Positions 25,059-36,852 of a stretch of DNA of 64,000 nucleotides are shown one piece after another (position 1 is the first letter of the stretch; each line of letters opens with the position of its first letter). The stretch is taken from assembly GCF_026571515.1 (NCBI RefSeq), contig NW_026861878.1, positions 1-64,000 of the forward strand, in the 5' to 3' direction. The notes under the pieces were generated by a model. It searched no databases. It saw only the letters and a program-made list of their open reading frames with translations, and was not told the origin of the DNA. This DNA is from Ruditapes philippinarum. Its lineage: Eukaryota. The translations under genes and the position numbers were made by a program.

Positions 25059-28000
25059 ATGGCAGAGGGTGGTGACAATATTGGGGACGGGGTTGGGGCT
25101 GATATAAATGCAGACGATATGGAGAAGGTTAAGAAGGTAAATATTTATATAAATTTAGCTTGTTTCTGAGTTTGTTTCAGCCATTGCTTCTCTTGGTGTC
25201 ACCAAGTTATTTTTATTATTAACTTGTTAATTTTCTGACACAGTTGTTAGTTTGTGGGTGTAGTATTACATTCAGATCAGTCAACCTTTAATTGGTAAGG
25301 TGCTAATTCCTGTAAATCGAAAGTTGATGTATTTATATTTTGATATTCAAACCGAAAGTAGATATTTCAACGGCGACTCTTTAAAGGCCTCAACAAACGG
25401 TAGGATTTTGAAGTACAACACCAAGTACAGGCAAATCTTAATGTGTGCAGGCTACTATTTCTTGAATTCGGAAACCTTAAGTCTAGATGTAAGGGATGGG
25501 ACATGTTCTATTTTGAAAATGTTGTCGTACAGATTTCTACAGGCCTCCCACAATGACAAGTAACAGGTTACCAAATTATCTCCTGATAATGGGTGCAATG
25601 AATGAAGTTCCAGAACAATTATGGCTAAAAGGTAAACATAGTAGTAAGATGGGGTAAAAATAAAGTTAAAAAACTCTTCAGGAGACCCAAAGTTGTGGTA
25701 TGTTCAAATCCCAAGTTGTTTCGAAAATGATTGTCACGGTATTGAACTGTTCTCTAATTAGGGCAGGGGAGGTAGTTTGTAGGAGGCCGAAGAGCTTAGT
25801 CAGTAGAGCCGCAGTACGGTATTCCGAGGGTCCCAGGCGTGAGTCTTGGTCAGGCTTCACATTACAGTTTTTTTTTTTAAATGGAGGTGTTTCAATCATT
25901 ACTCATTGCAAAAAAAGTAAAAAGTATTTGGAGAGTAAAGTATGTACATGATCAATGTAAAGCGATCCAAATTTTTAGGGAAACCTCAGATGATTCCTAC
26001 AGTGTAGAATTACCGTCTGCATGCAAGTGTCGTATTGCTTTGAAAATTGTACATCTTATCTCTAATTAGTGCTGTACAACTAAATCCTACCGTCTGTTGA
26101 GGCCTTAAGACAATCAACGACTCTTTAAGACAATTTTACAGAATCTTTTTATTTAGGTTTATATAATTAAGTTAGTTGTGTTGTAAATGCGGTGTTAAAA
26201 TGGTTCTGTTTATAATTACATTGATCCATTGGACCATAAAAGGTCGGTCTATATAACAAAATTAAAACTATTGCAGTCTTGGAGGGAGACACAGGCAAAA
26301 TTTTCATTTCTTAGTTTTGAAATTTTCATTCATTATTCTGTAAATGTCCTTAAAATGAATACACTAAACAGTCAAAGGAACAAAACTTTTCTCCATATAA
26401 AGAATAAAATGGTGTTTTCCTAACTTGACCCGCGTGGGTCAGGTTAGAGGGCTAAAATTTCACAATAGTTGTCACTCTGTACTCTGGAAACGTTAAAAAA
26501 CATGTCAAATCAATTACTTAGACTTGTTTCAATCATACAATATCCACAATATTTGTTATTGTAACTTCCAGGGTTTGTTCAAATCGCATGACTTGTTTTT
26601 AAACTATTCGGTGATTCTGTTCCTGTCAAAATTTCGTTCAACATATATAGATATATTTAAACTTCAAACCCAAAATATATAGAATTTATACAGAAATTCA
26701 TGTTGGGACTTTAAGAAATGTCATTTTAGGGTGATTTGAGTACAGAAAATCATTTTTATATTTTTGCCATTATTTTGCCTGAGTATCCCTTTAAATGACT
26801 TTGGTAATTTTTTACTCCCGGCCACCCACCAAACCCCGATAGTATCTAACGGTTTACATAGCAACTGTTTTATTGTTCCATTACTCTTTTTAGCATGTTT
26901 AATAACGTATGCTATAAGTTATGCATATAAAGCTATATTCGGCGAGTCTGGCGGAATTTTACTACCAATCGCACTCACTCGACCATTTCCGTCAAAATTC
27001 GGACATAATAGTAAAGATAAGGTAGTTCGGTCTATCTAAAACATGTTGTCTAGATCTAAAAGGGCAAAACGTATCGGTGTAAAAGCTTTTGCATTGCAAT
27101 GCAATGTCATAATACATCTACTTACATTTATTACTACAACATTTATTTGACACAAGTAAAGTTGTGAGGACAAATTTATCTAAGATGTTTTATACTAACA
27201 GGTACGCAGGCTACGTGAATTATGGCATGGGCGTTTCACAAACAAGAATATCGCAACATTACTAAGGCACCATGACTGGGATGTGGAGGCCACGAACTTA
27301 TTTATCTTGGACGGTAAGTTTACAGCTATTCTATATTTTATGCACTGGTATATTCTACAAATGAATCTGTTTTATGTTGTTGTTTTTTTATGAAAAGGTG
27401 CGAAACAAGAATCTTTTGACGAAAGTTGAAATAACTAGACAAAAACAAAAGATAACCAACTACCTTTTAAAATGATGAAATAACTAGACAAAAGATAACC
27501 AATAACTCGTACACCTTTAAAAACAGGATATATACGTTTAAACTTCATGCTAATTATATATCTAATTAGCACATAATCTATTTGTAGCTTTACCTGGTGA
27601 ACTTAGAGACGTGCTTGGCGGAGAAGACGTAAGTTATCATAGATTATCAAGGCAAACCACTGTAAAACACTGTATTGTAATTCTCTAAAGAATAGCTATA
27701 AACTGTTTTTATTGTATTTTTATCTTTGTTTTTAAAGTATATGTATGATGAGACTGTAATAACAAAAGTAAAGTCTAACTTCCAAAAGATAACTCATAAA
27801 TACCCTGTAAATACAAACAATCCTACTACAATTGAAACTGAGCGATTGTTAAAAGCAATATTACTTTCTTACGAGATGTTAGACAGTCAACAACATCCCT
27901 AGACTGTTAACAGAGAGGCTTAGTTATAATTTTCAAAGTTTATTAGCATTTGAAAAAATATTTGTCGACTTTGAATGTTTTATATATAGGTCATATACCG

Positions 28001-30253
28001 ACTTTTAAGGCAACATAATATGTACTAGACTGAATGCATTTATGAGTGTTAAAGACATTTTGCATAAGTCAATTGAAACTATAGGTTTCCACACACTTGC
28101 GGAAAAGCGAGAACTTTAAAATTTCCAAAACATCCGGAAAAGTCATCACCTTAGAAGCACAGTGAGATTATAAAATTCACTCATAGAATTGCACATATCT
28201 CCTGCTATTTTTGGCAACCAAAAAAACTTTTCAAAGCGGCCCGACAAAAGAGGGGACAGAAAGGAGGTAAAACACCCCCGCCCCGCTATCCCGGTCGTCG
28301 GATACCCAGGTTGATACACATGTTATCACTGATAAATGTTAATGGTTTGCCCGTATGTACCCGACGATGCGCTATCCATAGTACTGTGTCAGGGTGGGGG
28401 AGTGGTTACAATTTACTGATACGTTATGATATATTCAAATAATTATCAAATAATGTAGGATAAGTTTACATTCAAATCAACTCATACAAAATTACTTATT
28501 CGATCATAGCTAGCACACTCATTAGGGAGACTTGTTGCTCTACGAGGCTAGAATTAAAGCTCAATTATGGGAAGTTGTTCAGAGATATTGCTCTATTAAG
28601 GACCACTTTGCAGAGGTTACAGTGTATATCAATATATGTTAATATTGTATAAAACTTTACTGTGTTTCAGTGGCACCTTGTTGAAAATGTTCGTCGAAAT
28701 GACGTTCTTCGAGATTTAGCGAGACTTAATCGTATAGGTCATGAAGTAAGGCAGTATGGCTGCCAACCTGATGACAATATGTGGTGGAGACGTGTACCGT
28801 CTAGAAAACCAGTAAGGAACCTATATTTTTGTATTCGTATAATTTTAAAGTATTTCCATTTACTTGCTTTTTTTCTCTTCATATTTTCAATTTTTTGTTA
28901 TTATTAGTTTTGTGCCTTGCTTTTTCTTGCAAGCGTAAGCAAGTGCAATAGTGTGTAATATATATATATATGATCAGTAAAAATGTATATCAAATTTCAC
29001 GAGATTAGAGTTTCCATTAGTTTTACTTTTGATTCCATTTAAGGTTTCACAGTGTAAACGATGTAGACAAAAATATGAGCCGATACCAAGAGACCAGGAA
29101 TGGGGTTGGGCTAGGTTTGAATGCATATGCGGACATAAATTCAAGTATGTGATACGAAATGTTAACGCGTTATTTCTTTTAATAACCTATTTAATTGTTG
29201 TGTTATTCGTTTTCTTTATTAATAAGTAAACTCACATTGGTTTCCCCCTTGTTAAATTTTAATTAGAAATAAGTATTCTGGTTCAAAGCCTGATTTTACA
29301 CAGTTTTGTTTATTCCACTAAAACATTTTGTATTACGATGACAATGTATCTGCAGTTCTATTTACAAAACCGATTTCCTTTTAAATGATGTAAAATTTGT
29401 TAAAAATCAAAATGAAAGAAGTACTCTCTTACAGAAAACATGAATGTATATTTATGTAAGAGTTGCTTTTTGAATAATTGTAGCGCATTTGGAATGATGG
29501 ATAAAAGTCTATTGGGGGCCCGATACGCTGGGAAAAGTCAAAGTTTATGTTACACCTGCATGTCCCAACTATGTGAGCCAATTCAGATTCTTCCGCCGGC
29601 GAGACGTCGTCGAGACGGAGATGGTGACATGGGAGATGGACGTAATGGCAGACGTAGACCTCGCAGATACACTCATAGATGTACTGCACAAAACTGTTTT
29701 AACAGATACGTCCCCGATCCAAGAAGTATGATCACAAAGTTACACTATCTCAATCATTTGATTTCATGTACATTACTTATAAAAAGAATAAAGCAATAAA
29801 GCAAAGGCACTGTTAACAAGTTTTGAAAACGATTACAAAAGATCGATTTCATCTCATTGCACATGTCTTGTCACCGAATTCAATTAATTAACTGTTATAC
29901 GACAGATTGGAGTGAGTATAAAAACACAAAGAAAAATAAAAAGAGTATATCTTTAAAGAATGTTCAACTATTATTAATACAGTAAACATATTGTTATAAT
30001 GGAAAGTTTAATGACACTACTAAACAATCGTACATATTTTTGTTATTTACCTACAGGTAATGAACCGCTCGTGCAGATCTGCGTCCATCCCAATTCTTTG
30101 GAGAACAAAGTGCACGGGTTTGGCAGTAATCGTCACGTCAGTACAGGATCTACAGTGAGAACATTTCTGTCACAAGATGACCTTGAATCCTCGTACGAGC
30201 CAAGTCTTGCTGATATAGACGAGATAGATGAAGAAAACAGGGATAATGACTGA
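25059..30253 (+). CDS. SHFL: Shiftless homologue, copy 2 (303 aa, 7 coding exons)
   Basis: Exons 25059-25136, 27202-27313, 27588-27628, 28671-28811, 29044-29144, 29484-29725, 30057-30253; GT-AG with the same phases as copy 1; 912 nt open. Motifs [62 protein letters not shown]. Confidence 0.92.
25385..26105. mobile_element. MITE with TTAA-type flanks (Kolobok-like) in SHFL copy-2 intron 1
   Basis: TIRs aggcctcaacaaacggtaggattt (from 25385) and aaatcctaccgtctgttgaggcct (to 26105), flanked by ttaa and taa. Confidence 0.7.
25786..25858 (+). repeat. Degenerate tRNA-derived sequence nested inside the MITE
   Basis: ggccgaagagcttagtcagtagagccgcagtacggtattccgagggtcccaggcgtgagtcttggtcaggc has tRNA-like spacing and an A-box-like D arm, but the B-box is broken. 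Confidence 0.4.
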
Positions 30254-33200
30254 ACCTGTTATATGTCTTTTTAATGTTACAATTTTACAGTTAAAGTATG
30301 AAATTCAGGTGCCTGCACCAAATATAAATAATCTTTGTCCCGTCTGCTTTCTGTTTGTAAGATATCAACCTTTACCACCAATGTCTCGTCTAACGGTAAA
30401 ACCCTAATATTTGTTTGTAGTATTGAATTATTATTATGATTTTAATCAAAAAATGAACATGAAACCTTCAATATTTAATTTTCAGAATGCAGGAAACATC
30501 GCCATACAATATCTTATAAATGTAAATTTGTTTTATTTTATAATACAAAAATACCACTTGCCAATGGGTACGATACTTTACAGAAACAAATGTGACGTCG
30601 GTCTTTAAATGGCATTGACCGACAATGTCTAATGTTTAAAAGTTTGGATATTTGCATCAATATTTTGTTTTATATCCTAGTAAAATGATTTTTCTGTTCA
30701 CTTTTTTGAAGGATGCTAGGCATTTGTGTTTTATGAACAAATCGTCTCTCTGCCGTTGTTTTGGTAAACATAACACGTATCTAATATATACATGTATATT
30801 GAAATCCACTATTCTTACTGATAACTGCTACATTGTCTATGTACAATGTATTATTTATTAGGTAGTGCCTATTAGGAAGCTCCTTTCTGCAAAATCGTTT
30901 TAAATATTTACTGTACACATATTTTAAATCAAGTTGTCAGCAATACCAATTTGTTTGTCTCGTCACTTTCAATTACTTACTCAAACTTCAAATTTGATAG
31001 AGGTGGGGGTCATATACTTTCAAGTTTGATAGGGGTGGGGTCATAATGGTTTAACAAGGAACGACTAGCATTAACATGTAGCAATATCATTCGCTGAAGA
31101 TAATCATTACTGCTTTATAGAATTCATTATAATTTATTGAGACTTGTATATTCTATCTATTTTTCTAGATCTTTATATAAATCTATGCATAATTATGTGA
31201 ATCTGTGCTCAAATGTTTACTTGATTGTTTTTTTTTTTGTTATCTATAGAATGAATTATAATATTATTTGTGATTAGAGTTTTTTTTTATATTTTTGTTA
31301 ACTGCTATGAATGATAGATTGTTCTGTGTGTTCTGCACATGTATATGTAACACATCAAATACAAGTATAATTATGTGTGTCATATTTATTAGCATGAATG
31401 TTTATAGTTATTATTCAGGTTAGGTAATCTCTGGTCAATATGAAATCCAATAATACATATCAAGATTTTATTTACGTTCATTTCATGTCTTGTCTTCGGA
31501 CACATTTTCTCCTGTGAAATTATTAACATTCCATTCTGAGAGAATGCTGTAGCTATAAAATGTATGTGTCTGCGTGAGCTTTTTGTGTGTTAAATTGCTT
31601 AATTACACGACAACGGTAATAAACTTACCAAATGTTTATGAATAAAATTCATTCAAACAGTTGCTTTTCGCTTTTTATTATTTGTTCCTTATAGAAACTT
31701 GTCAAAGAAACATTGTCTACAGTCTGTTATAGATGTATTTGACAGAACAAGAAACAACGGGGACATGTGTGCAAGTTCTGTTTTGCACTTGCAAAGATGT
31801 GGTTTTTTGTAAAGATGTATGGAATTCCTGTATTTCTTCTTGCAAATATTAAATATGTTGAAAATAAGCGATAAGAAAGTGGTAAATAAGTTTGATAAGA
31901 ATATTTTTCGAAATCCAAATTCCGAGGTCGCATGGCCTGTGAGGATATACAGGGCATTATATGGCAAGAAAGTGTGCAAAAATACTCATATACAAACAAA
32001 ATTAAAACAACAACAGAGAAGGTTTGCGATCAGTTGTATGTTGAGGTATCTTGTTATTATTAATAAAGCTGTAAAGTATATTTTATTTCAATTTTGTCTT
32101 CAAAATAACATTTACAAATAAAAAATCTTATCATTTTAGGCTTAAAGTTTTTATTTAAAATAAATATTGAAAAGTTTAAATTAAATCCAATCATTATTAG
32201 ATAATGTTACTTGAACAAGACAATAAAATGTGAACAGTGTAACCCATAATTTACGCCATTAATCTGCATCATAGAAGTCAAAATTACACAAGTATATTTA
32301 AAGAGGACATCAGCAATGTTTTTTTTATAATAGATACAAAACTTATATGACACGGCAATGGAAGATGTCTGTAACAAAACTATCTGAAATATGTACCTCT
32401 GGTATATAGTGTGGTTCATCGAGTAGGCTATTATGTATGCTATAATAATTATAATATTGCTGAAACCAAATAAAAATCTAAAATTTTACGGAAGTATATA
32501 TAGAGAAAAGAGTTGAGTAGGGAAGATTTTGTTATGTTGAAATGATAGCCGCGTTGATGGCATCAGTAAATATATATTTAAATATAGAACGAAAACAGAC
32601 CGCTTTGCTTCATGTCATGTAATGCCCCTAAAAACTACAATTGTGAACAGCTAGAACTAGGTAAGACCTGTATTTTCAATATAAAATGTTCAACATTTAT
32701 GCACAATAACTGCATACACATTTAACCATTATACAGAATTCATGTTGATCAGTCCTACATAATGCTTAATGTTTGTATATATATTGAAACAATAACAGAA
32801 TAATTAAATACAATTTATTTAAAAAACATTCATTAAGGATAATCAGTCGTGTATTTATAATTAATCATTTATTAACCTATATATTTATAATTAATGAAAC
32901 TTGCCTATAATTTGAAGTAATGCAATACGCTAATTCTCAATAAAACACAGCATTTGATGTTCCACTGGGTAGCTCTTATACGAAGGTTTTTCTTGAGGTC
33001 AAAATGTCGTTATAAAGGTGGCTGCCACTTTGCCTTAGAGGGACACTCTCAGTTGTATATTTCTATCTGTTATTTTTCTTTTACAAGTACCATTAATGCC
33101 CTAAAATGTAACATACGTAATTATATGTAATTTTCAACTTTGAAATTTTGTTTCAGAAAAATAAGTTCCAGAATAAACGAAACATGTGCAATTAGTCATT

Positions 33201-34242
33201 GCTGTGTGTATATGGACTTTGATTATTGGTAAAATTTATATTTGACTGTTAAAATCTCATTAATAATGAATGATCAAATGTCGCCAAATGCATATAAATA
33301 AATAGTGACAACCCTAAAACAATAAGAAGTGAAACCGAAATTACATAATTGAATCGATGCATGCTTAATAATACAGCATATACAATGTATATAATTATAA
33401 GTAAAAATAAGCTTGCCGCCTCTCAAATATCATTCTATTTTCGGAAATTTTCATTTTTATATTAACCACAAATTATGGTCTTGCGTCATTTTTTAACCCA
33501 CTTTCAATGTAAAAATGAAATATACGTTACAGAAACATACGTTATCAACTTTTTAAAGTAAGTTTATCAAAAGGGAAATTGAAGTCAGAAAGCACGTATA
33601 ACAGCAACATTAACTTCTATTTGACATTAGTAAGTAAATTTTGTTAACTTTGGTCGAGTTTTAACTTGTTTAAGTAACCACAATGAAACAAACGTTACTT
33701 TTATCAAAAAGACTTTATATTGCTTACACATGCATATATAAAAACATAAAATCGCATTTTTATGACAATAGAATGATGTACATTTGATTCCTAAATAAAA
33801 AAAGTCGATTTTACATGTAAGTTTCAATTCCGTGATAAAGTTCATAAATAAGCGTGTTTGAAACATACGTTACTCCAACTTACAATTCAATAATTTTTGA
33901 AAATTAAAGATAAAGTTGGGATTAGCATGCCAGTTAGTAACGGTTACTTTGTATTAGATGTAAGAAGATACAATATTGTTTTTACAAAGGAAAGATATGT
34001 TAATAATATGTTGATGTACCAGCAGAAATGTTAAAAATATATTACAAGATATTGATGTTCTCAGCAACAACTAATTCGTTTCTGCAAAGAGCTTACTGGC
34101 CGTATTTCATTCTATATATAATAATGTTAGAATTATATCCATAAATATAAATTATTTTACAAAAAATAAAATTGTTTTCTCAGCCTTTACTTGCATTTGA
34201 ATAAAATGAAACATACGCGACATCCTATATGGGGATAAATAT

Positions 34243-35796
34243 AACAACAACAACAACAATACATTTTATTGATTTGACCAGTTACAGATCATCATCATAC
34301 AAATTCCATTGACATACATGTATACGTGAAAGTAGAAGTGTAAAATAAAAAAATATATATATAAAAAGAAAAAGAAATATTGATTATTATCGCTCCACGA
34401 GTGTTAAATGGAGGTTGAACATTGTATATATAAATTCCTGCCATCGTACAGTACATACAGAATTGCAATAATATCATATATTTAATTAAGTTTGCTTTTT
34501 AGTTAAGTTGTATAGTTAAAGAGTTTACAATAGATTGTTATAATTCTGCAAGAATATATTGAAATACAAAAACGAAAATATATTTAACAAAAACTTAGTA
34601 AAATATACTGCATTGTATCACCAATTAACTAGAGTCTTGCGCAATGCAAAAGCTTCATATATAAATTTACCAAGATTTAGCAGTGTATGCCTATTAGAAG
34701 ATTGCATCAATTTAACAAACTTATGAACACTTGGTCTATTATAAAAATATGGTTTAATGAAACGTTTTCTAAAGTGTAAATAAATCGGACATATTAACAC
34801 AAAATGGTATTCGTCCTCTACATCATTTTTATCACATAATAGACATAAACGCTGGTTTCTATCCACACGATTTCTGCCATGCCTACCAACTTCAATATTC
34901 AGCTGATGAGACGAAAGGCGTAATCGAGATAGAACAGTTCTAAACTTACTAGGAAGAATATCCAAATACATTTCAAAATCGACTGATCTTTTAAACTCTT
35001 TATATAAAAACAAAGAGCCGCTCAATGCAATTTGGTTACACCAAGATTGTTTAAAAATATCAAGCACCCTTTCTTTAAACAATAGATGAAATGTTTTAAG
35101 ATTTACACAATCTGGATTGTGAAACACATGTGAAAACCCATGACTGTCTAGTAACTTTTTAACATTTACAAGCCAATTAGTTTTACATTTATTTAGTTGA
35201 TTCACCATGTCTGCATAAATGTAATTTGAAATAATGTTTTTACTTTGCACAAGATTGCACCAAAACTTAATAATACGACAATACCGATTGACAAAAAGTG
35301 GATAGCGTCCTAGTTCGCTATAAATAGCTAGTTTACTAGTGGATGTCTTCACATTTAAGACACGCCTACAAATATTGAGATGGACTTTCTCAATATTATA
35401 AAAAGTACCATAGCCCCAAACTTCGCAAGCATAGTTAAGGATCGATCCTACAAAAGCGTCAAACAGTTGACATTGAATTGAAGGCGCGATAGTAAATTCT
35501 TTAAATTAATCAGCAGTACATTTAAAGCCTTTAAGCCTTTACCAATTAGTGTATCTTGGTTTACTTTAAAAGAGCCGTTGTAAGAAAACACAGTGCCAAG
35601 GTAATTAAAATTATCGACAACTTCAAGAGAGGAGTTCGCGTAATGCCAGTGCTCGTCAGGTCTTATATTACCTCGCTTACGGAAAACCACAACCTTAGTT
35701 TTTTCAGTATTGACAATAAGACCCCAGCGATCACAATATAATTTTAACAAGTCAAGCTTGCATTGAAGATCAACGGGAGTATTACCAAAAAGCACC
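34243..35796 (-). mobile_element. 5'-truncated LINE (CR1-like) remnant
   Basis: RT C-terminal region (VLFGNTPVDLQ, WGLIVNTEKTKVVVF, FNYLG) and C-terminal RLRLSSHQLNIEVGR...CLLC...EDEYHFVLICP. The 3' end has AATAAA and a (TTG)n tail at 34243-34270. Frameshifted. Confidence 0.85.
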
Positions 35797-36852
35797 AATA
35801 TAGAACTGTTTAGCAATAAATTTTTCAAATATTAAGAAAGTGGAAAGTTGAATGTTTTGAAAAGAAATTGCTAATACAACATTTGTGTATGCATTCGACC
35901 TCTCATATATTATATATGATATATATCCTTTGAATGAAGACATAAAATAATCATTTCCAAAATTGACTATTTTTGCTTTCTACGAATATTTAACTTTGAA
36001 GAAATTAACTGAAAATTAGCAAGGTACCCAACTTCCTTGAATTTTCTTGGGTTAGAAAGTCCCTCTAGATAGAGAATTTACAGATTTTGATATATTTTAC
36101 AGACATTTGTTATTAATATGCAGCCAGTATGTTACATTATTAGATCTGAAATCTACGTTACCGAAGAAATACAGTGTCATTACCGAAATAAATGCCATCC
36201 AGTTATATTATAGTTTCTTGTTCAAAATATTTCTGGCAAACTTGCAAAATACCCTAAACTTTTACTTCAGCGATAGAAAATGACACAATGACAACATCAA
36301 ATTTTTAATATTTTTCAACCTCAAATGCTTTATTTTATTGAGAATGGGCGAATATCGTGCACTTACAACTGCAGATATGAAATATGTACGTTATTATGAT
36401 GGGTGTTGAACAAGTATCTGTTCTGTTCTGTTCTGTTCTATAAAACGATTTGAAAGGTGGAATCATTAGCTCCTTAATATAGATATTTCATACAATAATT
36501 ACACTGTCAATTCAACACTTATTTTATTTTCAAGTATTTTTTTTATTTTGCCTTGTCCTAGATAACTGCATTATTGATTTCCCACTATAGCAATCCATTG
36601 TCAACCACAAATCAATCTATAGATTTATGAAATGAAATAAAAAAAAAATGCAATGCAAATATTTTTATCTTTGCGTATAACCGGTGAATTCATGTACATT
36701 TGTATATTTGAATCAATTCAGCTCAAAATAGTTTTCAATTTTTTATTTGTAAGCCATTTCAATGAATGTAATAGCTTTATGTTAAATGCTGTAATTCAAA
36801 ATTGCTTATTCAAAACAGATTAGTTGAATAATAATACATATATAAATAGAAA

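Noticed and set aside
25786-25858. Functional tRNA gene
   Set aside because: B-box/T-loop and acceptor stem are degenerate, and it is embedded in a MITE.
34902-34917. Hammerhead core CTGATGAG-AC-GAAA
   Set aside because: No stem II or III can form; it is the antisense of LINE codons RLSSHQL.
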